Source: Kiritimatiellia bacterium (GTDB lineage Bacteria; Verrucomicrobiota; Kiritimatiellia; CAIQIC01; Lenti-01). Taken from it: a stretch of DNA of 64,000 nt. Numbering within the stretch: the stretch's first letter is position 1; each line of letters opens with the position of its first letter. The notes beneath the pieces are model-generated. The model searched no databases. It had not been told where the DNA came from and was given only the letters and a program-made list of their open reading frames with translations. The stretch covers positions 21,892 to 85,891 of the forward strand of contig JAQUJC010000002.1 in NCBI GenBank assembly GCA_028681135.1, in the 5' to 3' direction. A program made the position numbers and the translations under genes. Positions 54,266-63,196 of the stretch are shown piece by piece.

Positions 54266-55282
54266 ATGGACATCCAGGACATTGATGACGTAACAACCCG
54301 CGCACTAACCGAGCTGGCGGCGGCAGAGGATCAGACGGCCCTGGAGGCGTTGCGGGTGAAGTACATCGGCCGCAATGGGTTGCTGCCAGAACTGATGCAG
54401 GGCCTCAAGGCGGTGCCCCCGGCGGACAAACCCGCCATGGGCCAAGCTTTGAACCGCTTTAAGGTGGGAGTGACGGCGGCTGTGGCCGAGCGTAAGACGG
54501 CGTTGGCCGCCGTGGCTCAGACGGCCAAAGCTGGCGCATTCGACCTCTCCCTGCCGGGGCGCTGGCCGCGCCGAGGGCGCGTGCATCCCATTACTCAGTT
54601 GATCGATAAAACGACGGAAATTTTCCGCCGGATGGGTTTCACGGTCGCCGATGGGCCGGACATCGAGACGGAGTATTATAATTTCGACGCGCTGAATACG
54701 CCCGCGGATCATGTGTCGCGGGATTTGGCCGATACCTTTTATCTGCCGGGGGGCATGCTCTTGCGTACGCAAACGTCCGCCGTTCAGGCGCGCTACATGG
54801 AGTGCCATCCGCCGCCGGTGCGGATTGTGTGTCCGGGGCGCTGCTACCGACGAGACACCACCGACGCCACCCATAGCGCCAATTTCCATCAGATCGAAGG
54901 GCTGTATGTGGATGAAAAAGTCAGCCTGGCGGATCTGAAGAGCGATCTGGACCACTTCGCCCGAGAACTGATGGGGCCGGGCGTCAAATCGCGCTTCCGG
55001 ACTCATTTCTTTCCCTTTACCGAACCGAGCGTGGAGGTGGATTTCTCCTGCCATATGTGCGGCGGCAAGGGCTGCCGGGTGTGCAAGCACAGCGGCTGGA
55101 TCGAAATCATGGGCGCGGGCATGGTCGATCCCAATGTGTTTGAGTTGGCGGGGTATGATCCCGAGGCCGTGACGGGCTATGCCTTCGGCATGGGGATCGA
55201 GCGCTTGGCTATGATCTTATTCGGCATCGATGATATCCGCCGCCTCTACGAAAATGACGCGAGGTATCTCGCCCAATTCTAG
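54266..55282 (+). CDS. pheS: phenylalanine--tRNA ligase alpha subunit
   Basis: HPITQ, FRRMGF, class II motifs (RTQTS, GRCYRRD, GAGMV). Confidence 0.95.
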   Translation: MDIQDIDDVTTRALTELAAAEDQTALEALRVKYIGRNGLLPELMQGLKAVPPADKPAMGQALNRFKVGVTAAVAERKTALAAVAQTAKAGAFDLSLPGRWPRRGRVHPITQLIDKTTEIFRRMGFTVADGPDIETEYYNFDALNTPADHVSRDLADTFYLPGGMLLRTQTSAVQARYMECHPPPVRIVCPGRCYRRDTTDATHSANFHQIEGLYVDEKVSLADLKSDLDHFARELMGPGVKSRFRTHFFPFTEPSVEVDFSCHMCGGKGCRVCKHSGWIEIMGAGMVDPNVFELAGYDPEAVTGYAFGMGIERLAMILFGIDDIRRLYENDARYLAQF

Positions 55283-55308
55283 CCGTTAATAATAAGTAGG
55301 ATTTACCC

Positions 55309-57723
55309 ATGAACATTTTGCTGAGTTGGTTGAAGGACTATGTGGACTTCGAGGATACGGTCGAGGGCTTGGCAGACAAGCTGACGTTCTCCGGAATTGA
55401 GGTCGAGGGCATTACCACCGTAGGCGGCGGAGTGCCAGGCGTGGTGGTTGGTGCCGTCACGGCGATTGAGCGGCATCCGAACGCGGACCGGCTGACGCTT
55501 TGTAAGGTGAATGCTGGCGGGCCGGCAGAACTGACGGTGGTCTGCGGTGCGCCGAACGTGGCGGTGGGCGGGATGTATCCTTTCGCACCGGTGGGCACGG
55601 TGCTGCCGGGCGAATTCACAATCGAGAAACGTAAGGTGCGCGGCGTGCTCAGCGAGGGCATGCTCTGCGCCGAAGACGAATTGGGCATTTCCGACGACCA
55701 CGAAGGCCTGATGGAACTGGACGCGACTTGGGCGCCGGGGACGCCGATGGCCGAGGTCATGGGGCCGCCCGAAACCGTGATCGAGGTCGAGATTACCCCG
55801 AACCGTCCCGACTGCCTGAGCCTGCTGGGGGTGGCGCGCGAAGTGGCGGCCCTGTACGGCACCAAGCTGAAATTGCCCACCATAAATTTGTCGGAGTCGG
55901 ATGTACCGGTGCAGGAAGCAACCAGCGTTGTTGTCGAGGATTTGACGGACTGTCCGCGCTATACCGCGCGCGTTTTACGTCATGTGAAGGTGGGCCCGAG
56001 CCCCGCCTGGATGAAGCGCCGCCTCGAAGCGGCTGGCATTCGGGCCATCAATAATATCGTCGATATTACCAATTATGTGATGCTCGAGTGTGGTCAACCG
56101 CTGCATGCCTTTGACCAAAAGTGGCTGGCGGAAGGCCGGATCGTGGTGCGGCATCCGCGTTCGGGTGACACCATCCTGACGCTCGATGGCGTCGAGCGTA
56201 AACTGGAGCCGGCCATGCTGGTGATTTGCGATGCTGAAAAACCGATGGCGGTGGCGGGGGTGATGGGTGGCGAGAATAGCGGGATTAACGACGCGACGAC
56301 GGAGGTGCTGCTGGAGAGCGCCAACTTCCGTCCCGCGGCTATTCGCGCCACGAGTAAACGGTTGGGGCTGATGTCGGAATCGGCCTATCGCTTCATCCGC
56401 GGGGTCGATGCCGAGGTGGCGGAGTTTGCCAGCCGTCGGGCGGCGCACCTGATGTGCGAGTTGGCGGGTGCGACCCTGCTGGCCGGATGTCTGGATGTGC
56501 GCGCGGAAGCAACCACGTCGTGGAACGTGATCTGCCGCCCGCAGCGCCTGTCCACTCTGCTGGGCTTTTCCGCAACGCCCGAGGATATGGCCCGGGTCTT
56601 TGAGTCCCTGGAATTGACGGTCGTGAGCTGCTCCCCGGAGGCGGTCGAGGTGACCGTGCCGTCTTTCCGCGCCGACCTGATGCGCGAAGCGGACCTGATC
56701 GAGGAATATGCGCGGCTGCACCTGAAGGCGTTGCCGCCGGTGCGCTCAATGGCGACCATCGTGCCCGATGCCGATGACCAACCGGCGCAGGCGCAGGCGC
56801 GGCTGCGTGATGTGCTCGTCGGCCTGGGCCTGCAGCAGATCATGAACTATAGCTTTTTGGCCGAGGACCTCCTGGACCTGCTGAACAAAGACAGTGCCCC
56901 AGAGCGCGTGAAGTTGGCCAATCCGTTGACCGCCGACCATACCGTGCTGCGCGATTCACTCCTGCCTCAGATGGTCGAGACGATCGGACTGAACGTGTCC
57001 CGCCAGGTGGACGAAGTGGCCTTTTTCGAGACCGGGCGGGTGTTTCGCCAGGGCCCGGAGAATCTGCCGGCCGAACAGGATCATATCGCGATTGGCTTGT
57101 TGGGGCCCGTGGGACGGACCGGTCTGGAACGCTTCCAGCCCGTGAGCGAACGGGATATGATGTTGTGGATCAAGGGACTCTGGGAGCAGGCGGCCGCGGC
57201 GCTCCAGTTGCGTGGGGCCTCGCTGCAACCAGCCGACCGCCCCTGGAGTGAGCCGGGGAGGGGGCTGGAGATTGTGACGGCCGACGAAGTCATCGGCTGG
57301 CTGGGGGTGCTGAATGGCGCCATTGCCAAGGAATGGCGCATTCACGAACCGGTGGGGTTGCTGGAAGCAGCCGTGCACCCGCTGCTGAAAGATGTGGGCG
57401 CCCTTCCCCAACTGACTCCGCCGCCGACCTATCCGAGCATTCGCCGCGACGTGGCCTTGATCGTCGCTGCGGACGTGCGCCACGAGCAGGTGCTGGAGGT
57501 CGCGCGCGCAGCGGCCCCCGCAGAACTCGAAGCCATCGAACTCTTCGACGTCTACCAAGGAAAAAATCTGGGCGAAGGCCGCAAGAGTATGGCCTATGCC
57601 TTTACCTATCGCGCCCCAGCCGGCACCCTCACCGATGAGGCCGCCAACGCCTTCCAAGAAAAAGTAAATACCGCCTTGAAAGCACACCTCCCCGCCGACA
57701 TCCGCGATGGGGTCAGCCCTTGA
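55309..57723 (+). CDS. pheT: phenylalanine--tRNA ligase beta subunit
   Basis: MNILLSWLKDYV start, tRNA-binding OB domain, and B3/4, B5 and FDX-ACB regions. The last 4 codons and the TGA stop lie inside the left inverted repeat of the RAYT unit. Confidence 0.95.
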   Translation: MNILLSWLKDYVDFEDTVEGLADKLTFSGIEVEGITTVGGGVPGVVVGAVTAIERHPNADRLTLCKVNAGGPAELTVVCGAPNVAVGGMYPFAPVGTVLPGEFTIEKRKVRGVLSEGMLCAEDELGISDDHEGLMELDATWAPGTPMAEVMGPPETVIEVEITPNRPDCLSLLGVAREVAALYGTKLKLPTINLSESDVPVQEATSVVVEDLTDCPRYTARVLRHVKVGPSPAWMKRRLEAAGIRAINNIVDITNYVMLECGQPLHAFDQKWLAEGRIVVRHPRSGDTILTLDGVERKLEPAMLVICDAEKPMAVAGVMGGENSGINDATTEVLLESANFRPAAIRATSKRLGLMSESAYRFIRGVDAEVAEFASRRAAHLMCELAGATLLAGCLDVRAEATTSWNVICRPQRLSTLLGFSATPEDMARVFESLELTVVSCSPEAVEVTVPSFRADLMREADLIEEYARLHLKALPPVRSMATIVPDADDQPAQAQARLRDVLVGLGLQQIMNYSFLAEDLLDLLNKDSAPERVKLANPLTADHTVLRDSLLPQMVETIGLNVSRQVDEVAFFETGRVFRQGPENLPAEQDHIAIGLLGPVGRTGLERFQPVSERDMMLWIKGLWEQAAAALQLRGASLQPADRPWSEPGRGLEIVTADEVIGWLGVLNGAIAKEWRIHEPVGLLEAAVHPLLKDVGALPQLTPPPTYPSIRRDVALIVAADVRHEQVLEVARAAAPAELEAIELFDVYQGKNLGEGRKSMAYAFTYRAPAGTLTDEAANAFQEKVNTALKAHLPADIRDGVSP

Positions 57724-58768
57724 ATCTTGAATCTTGACGGGGGGGGGAGAAGCCGTCATGATTGCGTCATGGCCAGAAAACCCAGGGCGTTGATCAAGGG
57801 CGGTATTTACCATGTGACCAGCCGAGGAAACGAACGGCAGGCCATCTTTCGAGACGACCAGGATCGGGAGCAGTTTCTTGAAAGCGTGGCGGACAGCGCG
57901 GTAATTGATCAGGTGCGCGTGTATTTGTATTGCCTGATGCCCAACCATTTTCACCTGTTGGTGGAGACACCGCAGGGGAATCTGGATCGCTTCATGGGCC
58001 GCCTGTTGACTGGCTACACGGTCTATTTCAATCGCCGCCACCAGCGTGTGGGACATCTGATGCAGGGACGCTATGGTGCGCAGGTCGTGGAAGGTAACGA
58101 TTACCTGCTGAAATTGAGTCGCTATATTCATCTCAATCCGGTGCAGGTTCATGATATCAGGGAATGGCCGTTGACTGAACGGCTGCGCCTGTTGCGGAAC
58201 TATCGCTGGAGCAGTTTCCGGGAGTATGCGGGCACCGCAAAGCTCAGCGGCTGGTTAGCCATGGGGCCGGTGCTGGCCATGATCACGGGAGGGAACGCGG
58301 CAAACCAGAATAAGACCTATGCCCATTATGTTGAATCAGGCCTGGCGAAGACCGACGACGATTTCGTCCGCCTGATGGATGAACGCGGGGTGGCTATCGG
58401 GTCGGATAGCTTTATCGAAACCATAAAAAATCTGCATGGACAGAAGGCAGCCGAATCTCTGAAACGCGAAGATGTGTCGTTCCGCCAGATACGAATCCAC
58501 AAAAGCGTAACGGAAGTGGAAGCCGCCGTTCAGGAGATCATCGGAGATCGCTGGGGGCAATTCGAGGCCTATAAAGCAGGGCGGGTGGTGCGCGGATTCA
58601 CGGCCTGGGCCTTGCGAAAATATGCGGGACTGACGCAGCGGGAAATCGCTGATCGCGTCCGCGTGGGAACAGGGTCGGCTGTCAGCCACATGATCAGAAG
58701 TGCGATGGCGTCGTCCGAGGTGGTGGCGTGGCAGCAGGCGCTAGATTCAAGATTCAAGGGCTGACCCC
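57709..58768 (+). mobile_element. RAYT-type unit: Y1/HUH transposase gene bracketed by inverted repeats (29 nt left arm, 26 nt matching)
   Basis: Left arm GGGGTCAGCCCTTGAATCTTGAATCTTGA (57709-57737). The right arm AGATTCAAGATTCAAGGGCTGACCCC (58743-58768) is its exact reverse complement over 26 nt. Confidence 0.85.
57769..58764 (+). CDS. REP-associated-type Y1 (HUH) transposase with C-terminal HTH domain
   Basis: IYHVTSRGN, HUH motif NHFHLLVET, catalytic Tyr context SRYIHLNPV. The C-terminal GLTQREIADRVRVGTGSAVSHMI is HTH-like. The stop lies inside the right inverted repeat. Confidence 0.8.
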   Translation: MARKPRALIKGGIYHVTSRGNERQAIFRDDQDREQFLESVADSAVIDQVRVYLYCLMPNHFHLLVETPQGNLDRFMGRLLTGYTVYFNRRHQRVGHLMQGRYGAQVVEGNDYLLKLSRYIHLNPVQVHDIREWPLTERLRLLRNYRWSSFREYAGTAKLSGWLAMGPVLAMITGGNAANQNKTYAHYVESGLAKTDDDFVRLMDERGVAIGSDSFIETIKNLHGQKAAESLKREDVSFRQIRIHKSVTEVEAAVQEIIGDRWGQFEAYKAGRVVRGFTAWALRKYAGLTQREIADRVRVGTGSAVSHMIRSAMASSEVVAWQQALDSRFKG

Positions 58769-58783
58769 AATGGGGAGGGGGCG

Positions 58784-61594
58784 ATGAAAGTGACCAATCG
58801 GTCTCCGGCTGCTGAGAAGATACGCATCTTCCGCGCCTTGTTTCGGGGACGGGAAGACGTGTACCCCCGGCGGTTCGAAAGCGTGAAGACCGGACGCTCG
58901 GGATATCAGCCCGCGTGCGCCAATGAATGGAATCGGCTTTTTTGCGACAAACCAAAAGTGAAGTGCGGCGCGTGTCCGAACCGGCGGTTCATGTCGGTGA
59001 CGGACGAGGAAGTGAGATGGCATTTAACGGGAAGGGATAAGTTTGGCAAACCCTTCGTGATGGGGGTATATCCGCTCCTGGCGAACGAGCACTGCTGGTT
59101 TTTGGCGGCGGATTTCGACAAGGAATCGTGGCGTGAGGATATCGCGGCCGTGGCCGCGATTTGTCGGGAACGAGACATCCCGGTGGCGGTGGAGCGGTCG
59201 CGGTCCGGCAACGGAGCCCACCTCTGGTTCTTTTTCAATCAGCCTGTGGCGGCACGGCTGGCGCGCGAATTTGGCTCGGTTTTGCTAACCGCGACGATGG
59301 AACACTATCCTGACGTGGGGCTGGATTCGTATGATCGCCTATTTCCAAACCAAGATACGATGCCGAAGGGGGGGGTAGGGAATCTGATCGCCTTGCCTTT
59401 GCAGAAAATGGCGCGAGATAACGGCAATAGCGTGTTTCTGGATGAACAGTTTCAGCCCTATGAAGATCAATGGGCATTCTTGAGCGGGGTGCGGCGGCTC
59501 ACAATAGGAGATGTGAACCGCATCGTTGAACCCGCGCGGCGCGAGAATCTCATTTTGGCGGTGGATGAAGTGTTGTCCGAAGAAAGCGACACCCCTTGGC
59601 TTTTACCGCCTTCGCGGGCGCGAGTATTGCGTCCCATAATAGGCCCCTTGCCAGAAGAAATCGAAGTGGTGTTAAGCGATCAGCTTTACATTTTGAAAGA
59701 GGGCTTGAACCCCATGTTACGGGGCCGGTTGATTCGGCTGGCGGCATTTGCAAATCCGGAGTTCCACAAAGCCCAGGCGATGCGGATGAATACCTATGGC
59801 AAGTCTCGGGTCATTTGTTGTGCGGAGGACTATCCCCAGCATGTAGCGTTGCCGCGGGGGTGCCTGGACCGCATTCGCATGTGCCTGAAGGAATGCGGAG
59901 TGCGGATGCGCTTGCGGGACGAGCGAAACCCAGGAACGCCGCTGGCGGCAACATTCTGCGGAGAATTGCGCCCTGAGCAGGCCTTGGCCGGTAAGGCGAT
60001 GTTGGCACATGACACCGGGGTTCTGGCGGCTGGCACGGCTTTCGGAAAAACGGTTTTGGCGGCGTGGCTGATCGCCCAGCGCGGGGTCAATACGCTAGTG
60101 CTGGTGAATCGCCGCCAGTTGCAGGCGCAATGGGTGGCGCAGTTGGCGACGTTCCTGGACATCCCCCAAAATGAGATTGGTCGGATTGGCGGTGGCAAGC
60201 GGCAGATTACAGGCACGTTGGAGGTAGCCCTGCTCCAGAGCCTTGGGCGCAAGGGCGATGTGGACGACATCGTAGCCAACTACGGCCACCTGATTGTTGA
60301 CGAATGCCATACGATTTCCGCCCCAGCATTTGAACGGGTCGCGCGGCGTTGTAAGGCACGCTATGTGGCCGGGCTTTCGGCGACGCCGGTCCGTAAGGAC
60401 GGTCATCACCCCATCATATTTATGCAATGCGGGCCGCTGCGGCATCGGGTGAATCCCGCTAAAATGCGGCAAATTCAATCGTTTCGCCACACCGTGTGGG
60501 TGCGTCCCACGACTTATAGCGGGGATTCATTCCTGGGCGCGGAGAGTCAGCCGCCCCCTTTTCACGCGCTGTGCGATGATTTGTCCCACAACGAAGCGCG
60601 CAATCGCCTGATTGTGGCGGACGTGTTGGCAGCGGTGAAAGAGGGGCGCTCACCAGTGGTGTTGACAGAACGCAGAAACCATCTCGCCGAGTTGGCGGCA
60701 CGGCTGGATGGGGCGGTTCGGCATTTGGTCATAATGCGCGGGGGGATGGGGCGGAAACAACTGGCGGCCATTGACGCGCAACTGGCCGCGATTCCGGATA
60801 CCGAACCGCGTGTCCTGTTGGCAACCGGCAGTTATTTGGGCGAGGGCTTCGACGATGCGCGCCTGGATACGCTGTTTTTGACCATGCCGATCTCGTGGCG
60901 CGGTCGCATTGCGCAGTACGCCGGGCGGCTGCACCGGGCCCATGCCGGGAAGCGGGAGGTTCGGATTTGTGACTATGCCGACCTGAATGTGCCGATGCTG
61001 GCGCGGATGTTCGACCGCCGTTGCAAGGGGTATCGCGCGCTAGGCTATTCCATTCTGTTGCCGCTGAAAACCGTGCCGGGCTGGCCAGAGGAAGTGCCGA
61101 TGCCGGTGTCATCGGGATGGCAGGAAACCTATGCGGATAGTGTGCGAAGGCTGGTGCGCGACGGGGTTGAATCGGAGTTGGCGGGCTTGTTTGTCGAGGC
61201 CACACAACGAAAGGTTCCAGAGGGGATGACGACGGGAGTGGCACGCGCCCGCAGCGCAGTGGAAGCTTTTCTCTATCGCCGACTGGAAACGTTGCCGGCG
61301 ACTTCTGGGCATTTCCAGTTGAATGCTCAATTGGGTATTCCGTTCGATGGGACGGGGGGCATGGAGGTGGATTTGTTGTGCCCCGAGCGACGGTTGGTGA
61401 TCGAGATCGATGGCCCGCACCATTTTGCCGGGGCAGAGGCCTATCGGCGGGATCGACGTAAGGATGCGTTGCTGCAGGAGAATGGGTATCATGTGCTGCG
61501 GTTTCTCAGTGACGATATTGCGGATCGGTTGGGGGAGGTCTTGGATGCCATTCTACGGGCATGGACTTCATTGGGGTCAGCCCTTAAAATATGA
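58784..61594 (+). CDS. 936-aa fusion: AEP (primase-polymerase)-like domain + SF2 DExH helicase + DUF559/Vsr-like endonuclease
   Basis: AEP motifs: AADFD (DxD), SRSGNGAHLWFFF (sGxGxH), DSYDRLFP. Cys4 cluster C45/C54/C61/C64. Helicase motifs: GTAFGKT, VDECH, SAT, QYAGRLHR. C-terminus: VDLLCPERRLVIEIDGPHH...GYHVLRF (DUF559). Confidence 0.8.
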   Translation: MKVTNRSPAAEKIRIFRALFRGREDVYPRRFESVKTGRSGYQPACANEWNRLFCDKPKVKCGACPNRRFMSVTDEEVRWHLTGRDKFGKPFVMGVYPLLANEHCWFLAADFDKESWREDIAAVAAICRERDIPVAVERSRSGNGAHLWFFFNQPVAARLAREFGSVLLTATMEHYPDVGLDSYDRLFPNQDTMPKGGVGNLIALPLQKMARDNGNSVFLDEQFQPYEDQWAFLSGVRRLTIGDVNRIVEPARRENLILAVDEVLSEESDTPWLLPPSRARVLRPIIGPLPEEIEVVLSDQLYILKEGLNPMLRGRLIRLAAFANPEFHKAQAMRMNTYGKSRVICCAEDYPQHVALPRGCLDRIRMCLKECGVRMRLRDERNPGTPLAATFCGELRPEQALAGKAMLAHDTGVLAAGTAFGKTVLAAWLIAQRGVNTLVLVNRRQLQAQWVAQLATFLDIPQNEIGRIGGGKRQITGTLEVALLQSLGRKGDVDDIVANYGHLIVDECHTISAPAFERVARRCKARYVAGLSATPVRKDGHHPIIFMQCGPLRHRVNPAKMRQIQSFRHTVWVRPTTYSGDSFLGAESQPPPFHALCDDLSHNEARNRLIVADVLAAVKEGRSPVVLTERRNHLAELAARLDGAVRHLVIMRGGMGRKQLAAIDAQLAAIPDTEPRVLLATGSYLGEGFDDARLDTLFLTMPISWRGRIAQYAGRLHRAHAGKREVRICDYADLNVPMLARMFDRRCKGYRALGYSILLPLKTVPGWPEEVPMPVSSGWQETYADSVRRLVRDGVESELAGLFVEATQRKVPEGMTTGVARARSAVEAFLYRRLETLPATSGHFQLNAQLGIPFDGTGGMEVDLLCPERRLVIEIDGPHHFAGAEAYRRDRRKDALLQENGYHVLRFLSDDIADRLGEVLDAILRAWTSLGSALKI

Positions 61595-61633
61595 ATTTGA
61601 TGCTAAATTCATATTTTAAGGGCTGACCCCAAT
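61570..61633. repeat. family-B REP-like doublet: 29-bp-stem hairpin
   Basis: ATTGGGGTCAGCCCTTAAAATATGAATTT-gatgct-AAATTCATATTTTAAGGGCTGACCCCAAT. The left arm encodes the last 8 codons and the TGA stop of the helicase gene. Confidence 0.95.
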
Positions 61634-61677
61634 CGTGGCTTTGCGTTGGCCAGAACAGTTATGCTAGGTTGCCCGGG

Positions 61678-63186
61678 ATGCTATCACCCCTCCACTTTAT
61701 TTATGTTCGGAACATCGTCTCGCGGACGGTTACTGGGACCTTTCAGGAGATCGCATTTGCGGTTCGGGTGTTGAACATTGGCCATGGCAAGCGAGTTGGG
61801 ATTCACTGGTGCGGCGAAGACGGAGATTGGCGGGAAAGCCCGGCGGACTACCGGTGCACGCTGCCCGGCGGCGACGAGGTCTGGGTGGCGGAGGTAGCGG
61901 TACCGCTGACCATGGAGTCCTCCATCCCGGGCAACATTCAGTTTTCCGCCTGCCTCGAACGCGGCGACGAGCGCTATTGGGACAGCCGTTTTGGCAGCAA
62001 CTACCGCTCCGACGCGGATTCGGGGGTTATTGTTTTTGATGCGCTGGACCTGCGCGTGGTGGGCTGCCGCCCCTGTTTGCCAGCAGCGATGGTGTCGCTG
62101 CCGCTAGAAGTCGCGGTGCGTCAGGAGATCGAGCCGACCTCTGTGATCATTCATTGGACCACGGATGGCTGGGCGACGCGCCAAACCACGCCGGCTTATT
62201 TTCGGCGCGATCACTGGGACCGCAGTGTCGGCAGCAATGCGCGCAACCCCAATCGCTATGGGTGGGGGATATGGGCCGCCCGCCTGGCCCTGCCGCAGGC
62301 CTATCGGGTTGAATTTGTCGTGGAGTGCCACACCGCAAGCGGTGTGGTCTGGGACAACCACGCCGGGGGCAACTACCGCGTGCAGCGCGATACCCTCAAG
62401 GTGATGACCTTGAATCTGCATACCTATCAAGAAGAGGAGGCCCTGGAAAAACTGGCCACCGTCGCCCGCGCGATCCGCGAGCGGGACATTGATCTGGTTT
62501 GTTTGCAAGAAGTGGGTGAAAACTGGAATGGCGGAGAGGGCGACTGGGCCTCGAATGCGGCACGCATCATCAACGACCAGTTGCCGCGGCCCTATCATCT
62601 GCACACGGATTGGTCGCATCGGGGCTTTGATCGTTTCCGCGAAGGCGTCGCAATTCTCAGCCGCCATCCGTTCCGCGGCACGGATGCCGGCTATGTATCC
62701 GACAGCACCGATCCCTATGACATCCATGCGCGCAAAATCGTAATGGCCCAGGTGAGCGTGCCCTTTATGGGAATGCTCCATGTTTTCAGCGCGCACCTGA
62801 GTTGGCCCGCCGATGGTTTCAGGGTGCAATTCGAGCGTTTGCGCCGCTGGGCCGCCGAGCGGCACACGCCGGAAGTGATCGGGACGCTATTGTGCGGAGA
62901 CTTTAACATCGCGGCTGACAGCGAGGCCTTTGGGCAGATTGTGCAGACGGAGGCATTCGAAGAACAAGTCTTGAAGATATGGAATCCACCGGCCTTTCAG
63001 CGTGTATTTCGTGATCGGCAGGAGACATCGATGCAGGTTCTGGCGGGTGACGGACGGATTGACCACATCTGGCTGAGCCGCGGCTCACAGTTGCGCGCCA
63101 TTGCGGCCGAGGAGTTGTTCACTTCGACGACCTACGGCCGGGTCTCCGACCATACGGGTTACCTGGTGGAGTTTGAACTGCGCTAA
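61678..63186 (+). CDS. two CBM21-like beta-sandwich domains + endonuclease/exonuclease/phosphatase (EEP) domain protein
   Basis: Two copies of the pattern V.V.N....K.V.IHW..D.W......Y......W(D)..(F/A)G.NYR. Then LKVMTLNLHT, LVCLQEV, GDFN, SDH (EEP motifs). Confidence 0.65.
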   Translation: MLSPLHFIYVRNIVSRTVTGTFQEIAFAVRVLNIGHGKRVGIHWCGEDGDWRESPADYRCTLPGGDEVWVAEVAVPLTMESSIPGNIQFSACLERGDERYWDSRFGSNYRSDADSGVIVFDALDLRVVGCRPCLPAAMVSLPLEVAVRQEIEPTSVIIHWTTDGWATRQTTPAYFRRDHWDRSVGSNARNPNRYGWGIWAARLALPQAYRVEFVVECHTASGVVWDNHAGGNYRVQRDTLKVMTLNLHTYQEEEALEKLATVARAIRERDIDLVCLQEVGENWNGGEGDWASNAARIINDQLPRPYHLHTDWSHRGFDRFREGVAILSRHPFRGTDAGYVSDSTDPYDIHARKIVMAQVSVPFMGMLHVFSAHLSWPADGFRVQFERLRRWAAERHTPEVIGTLLCGDFNIAADSEAFGQIVQTEAFEEQVLKIWNPPAFQRVFRDRQETSMQVLAGDGRIDHIWLSRGSQLRAIAAEELFTSTTYGRVSDHTGYLVEFELR

Positions 63187-63196
63187 GAAGGCGGTT

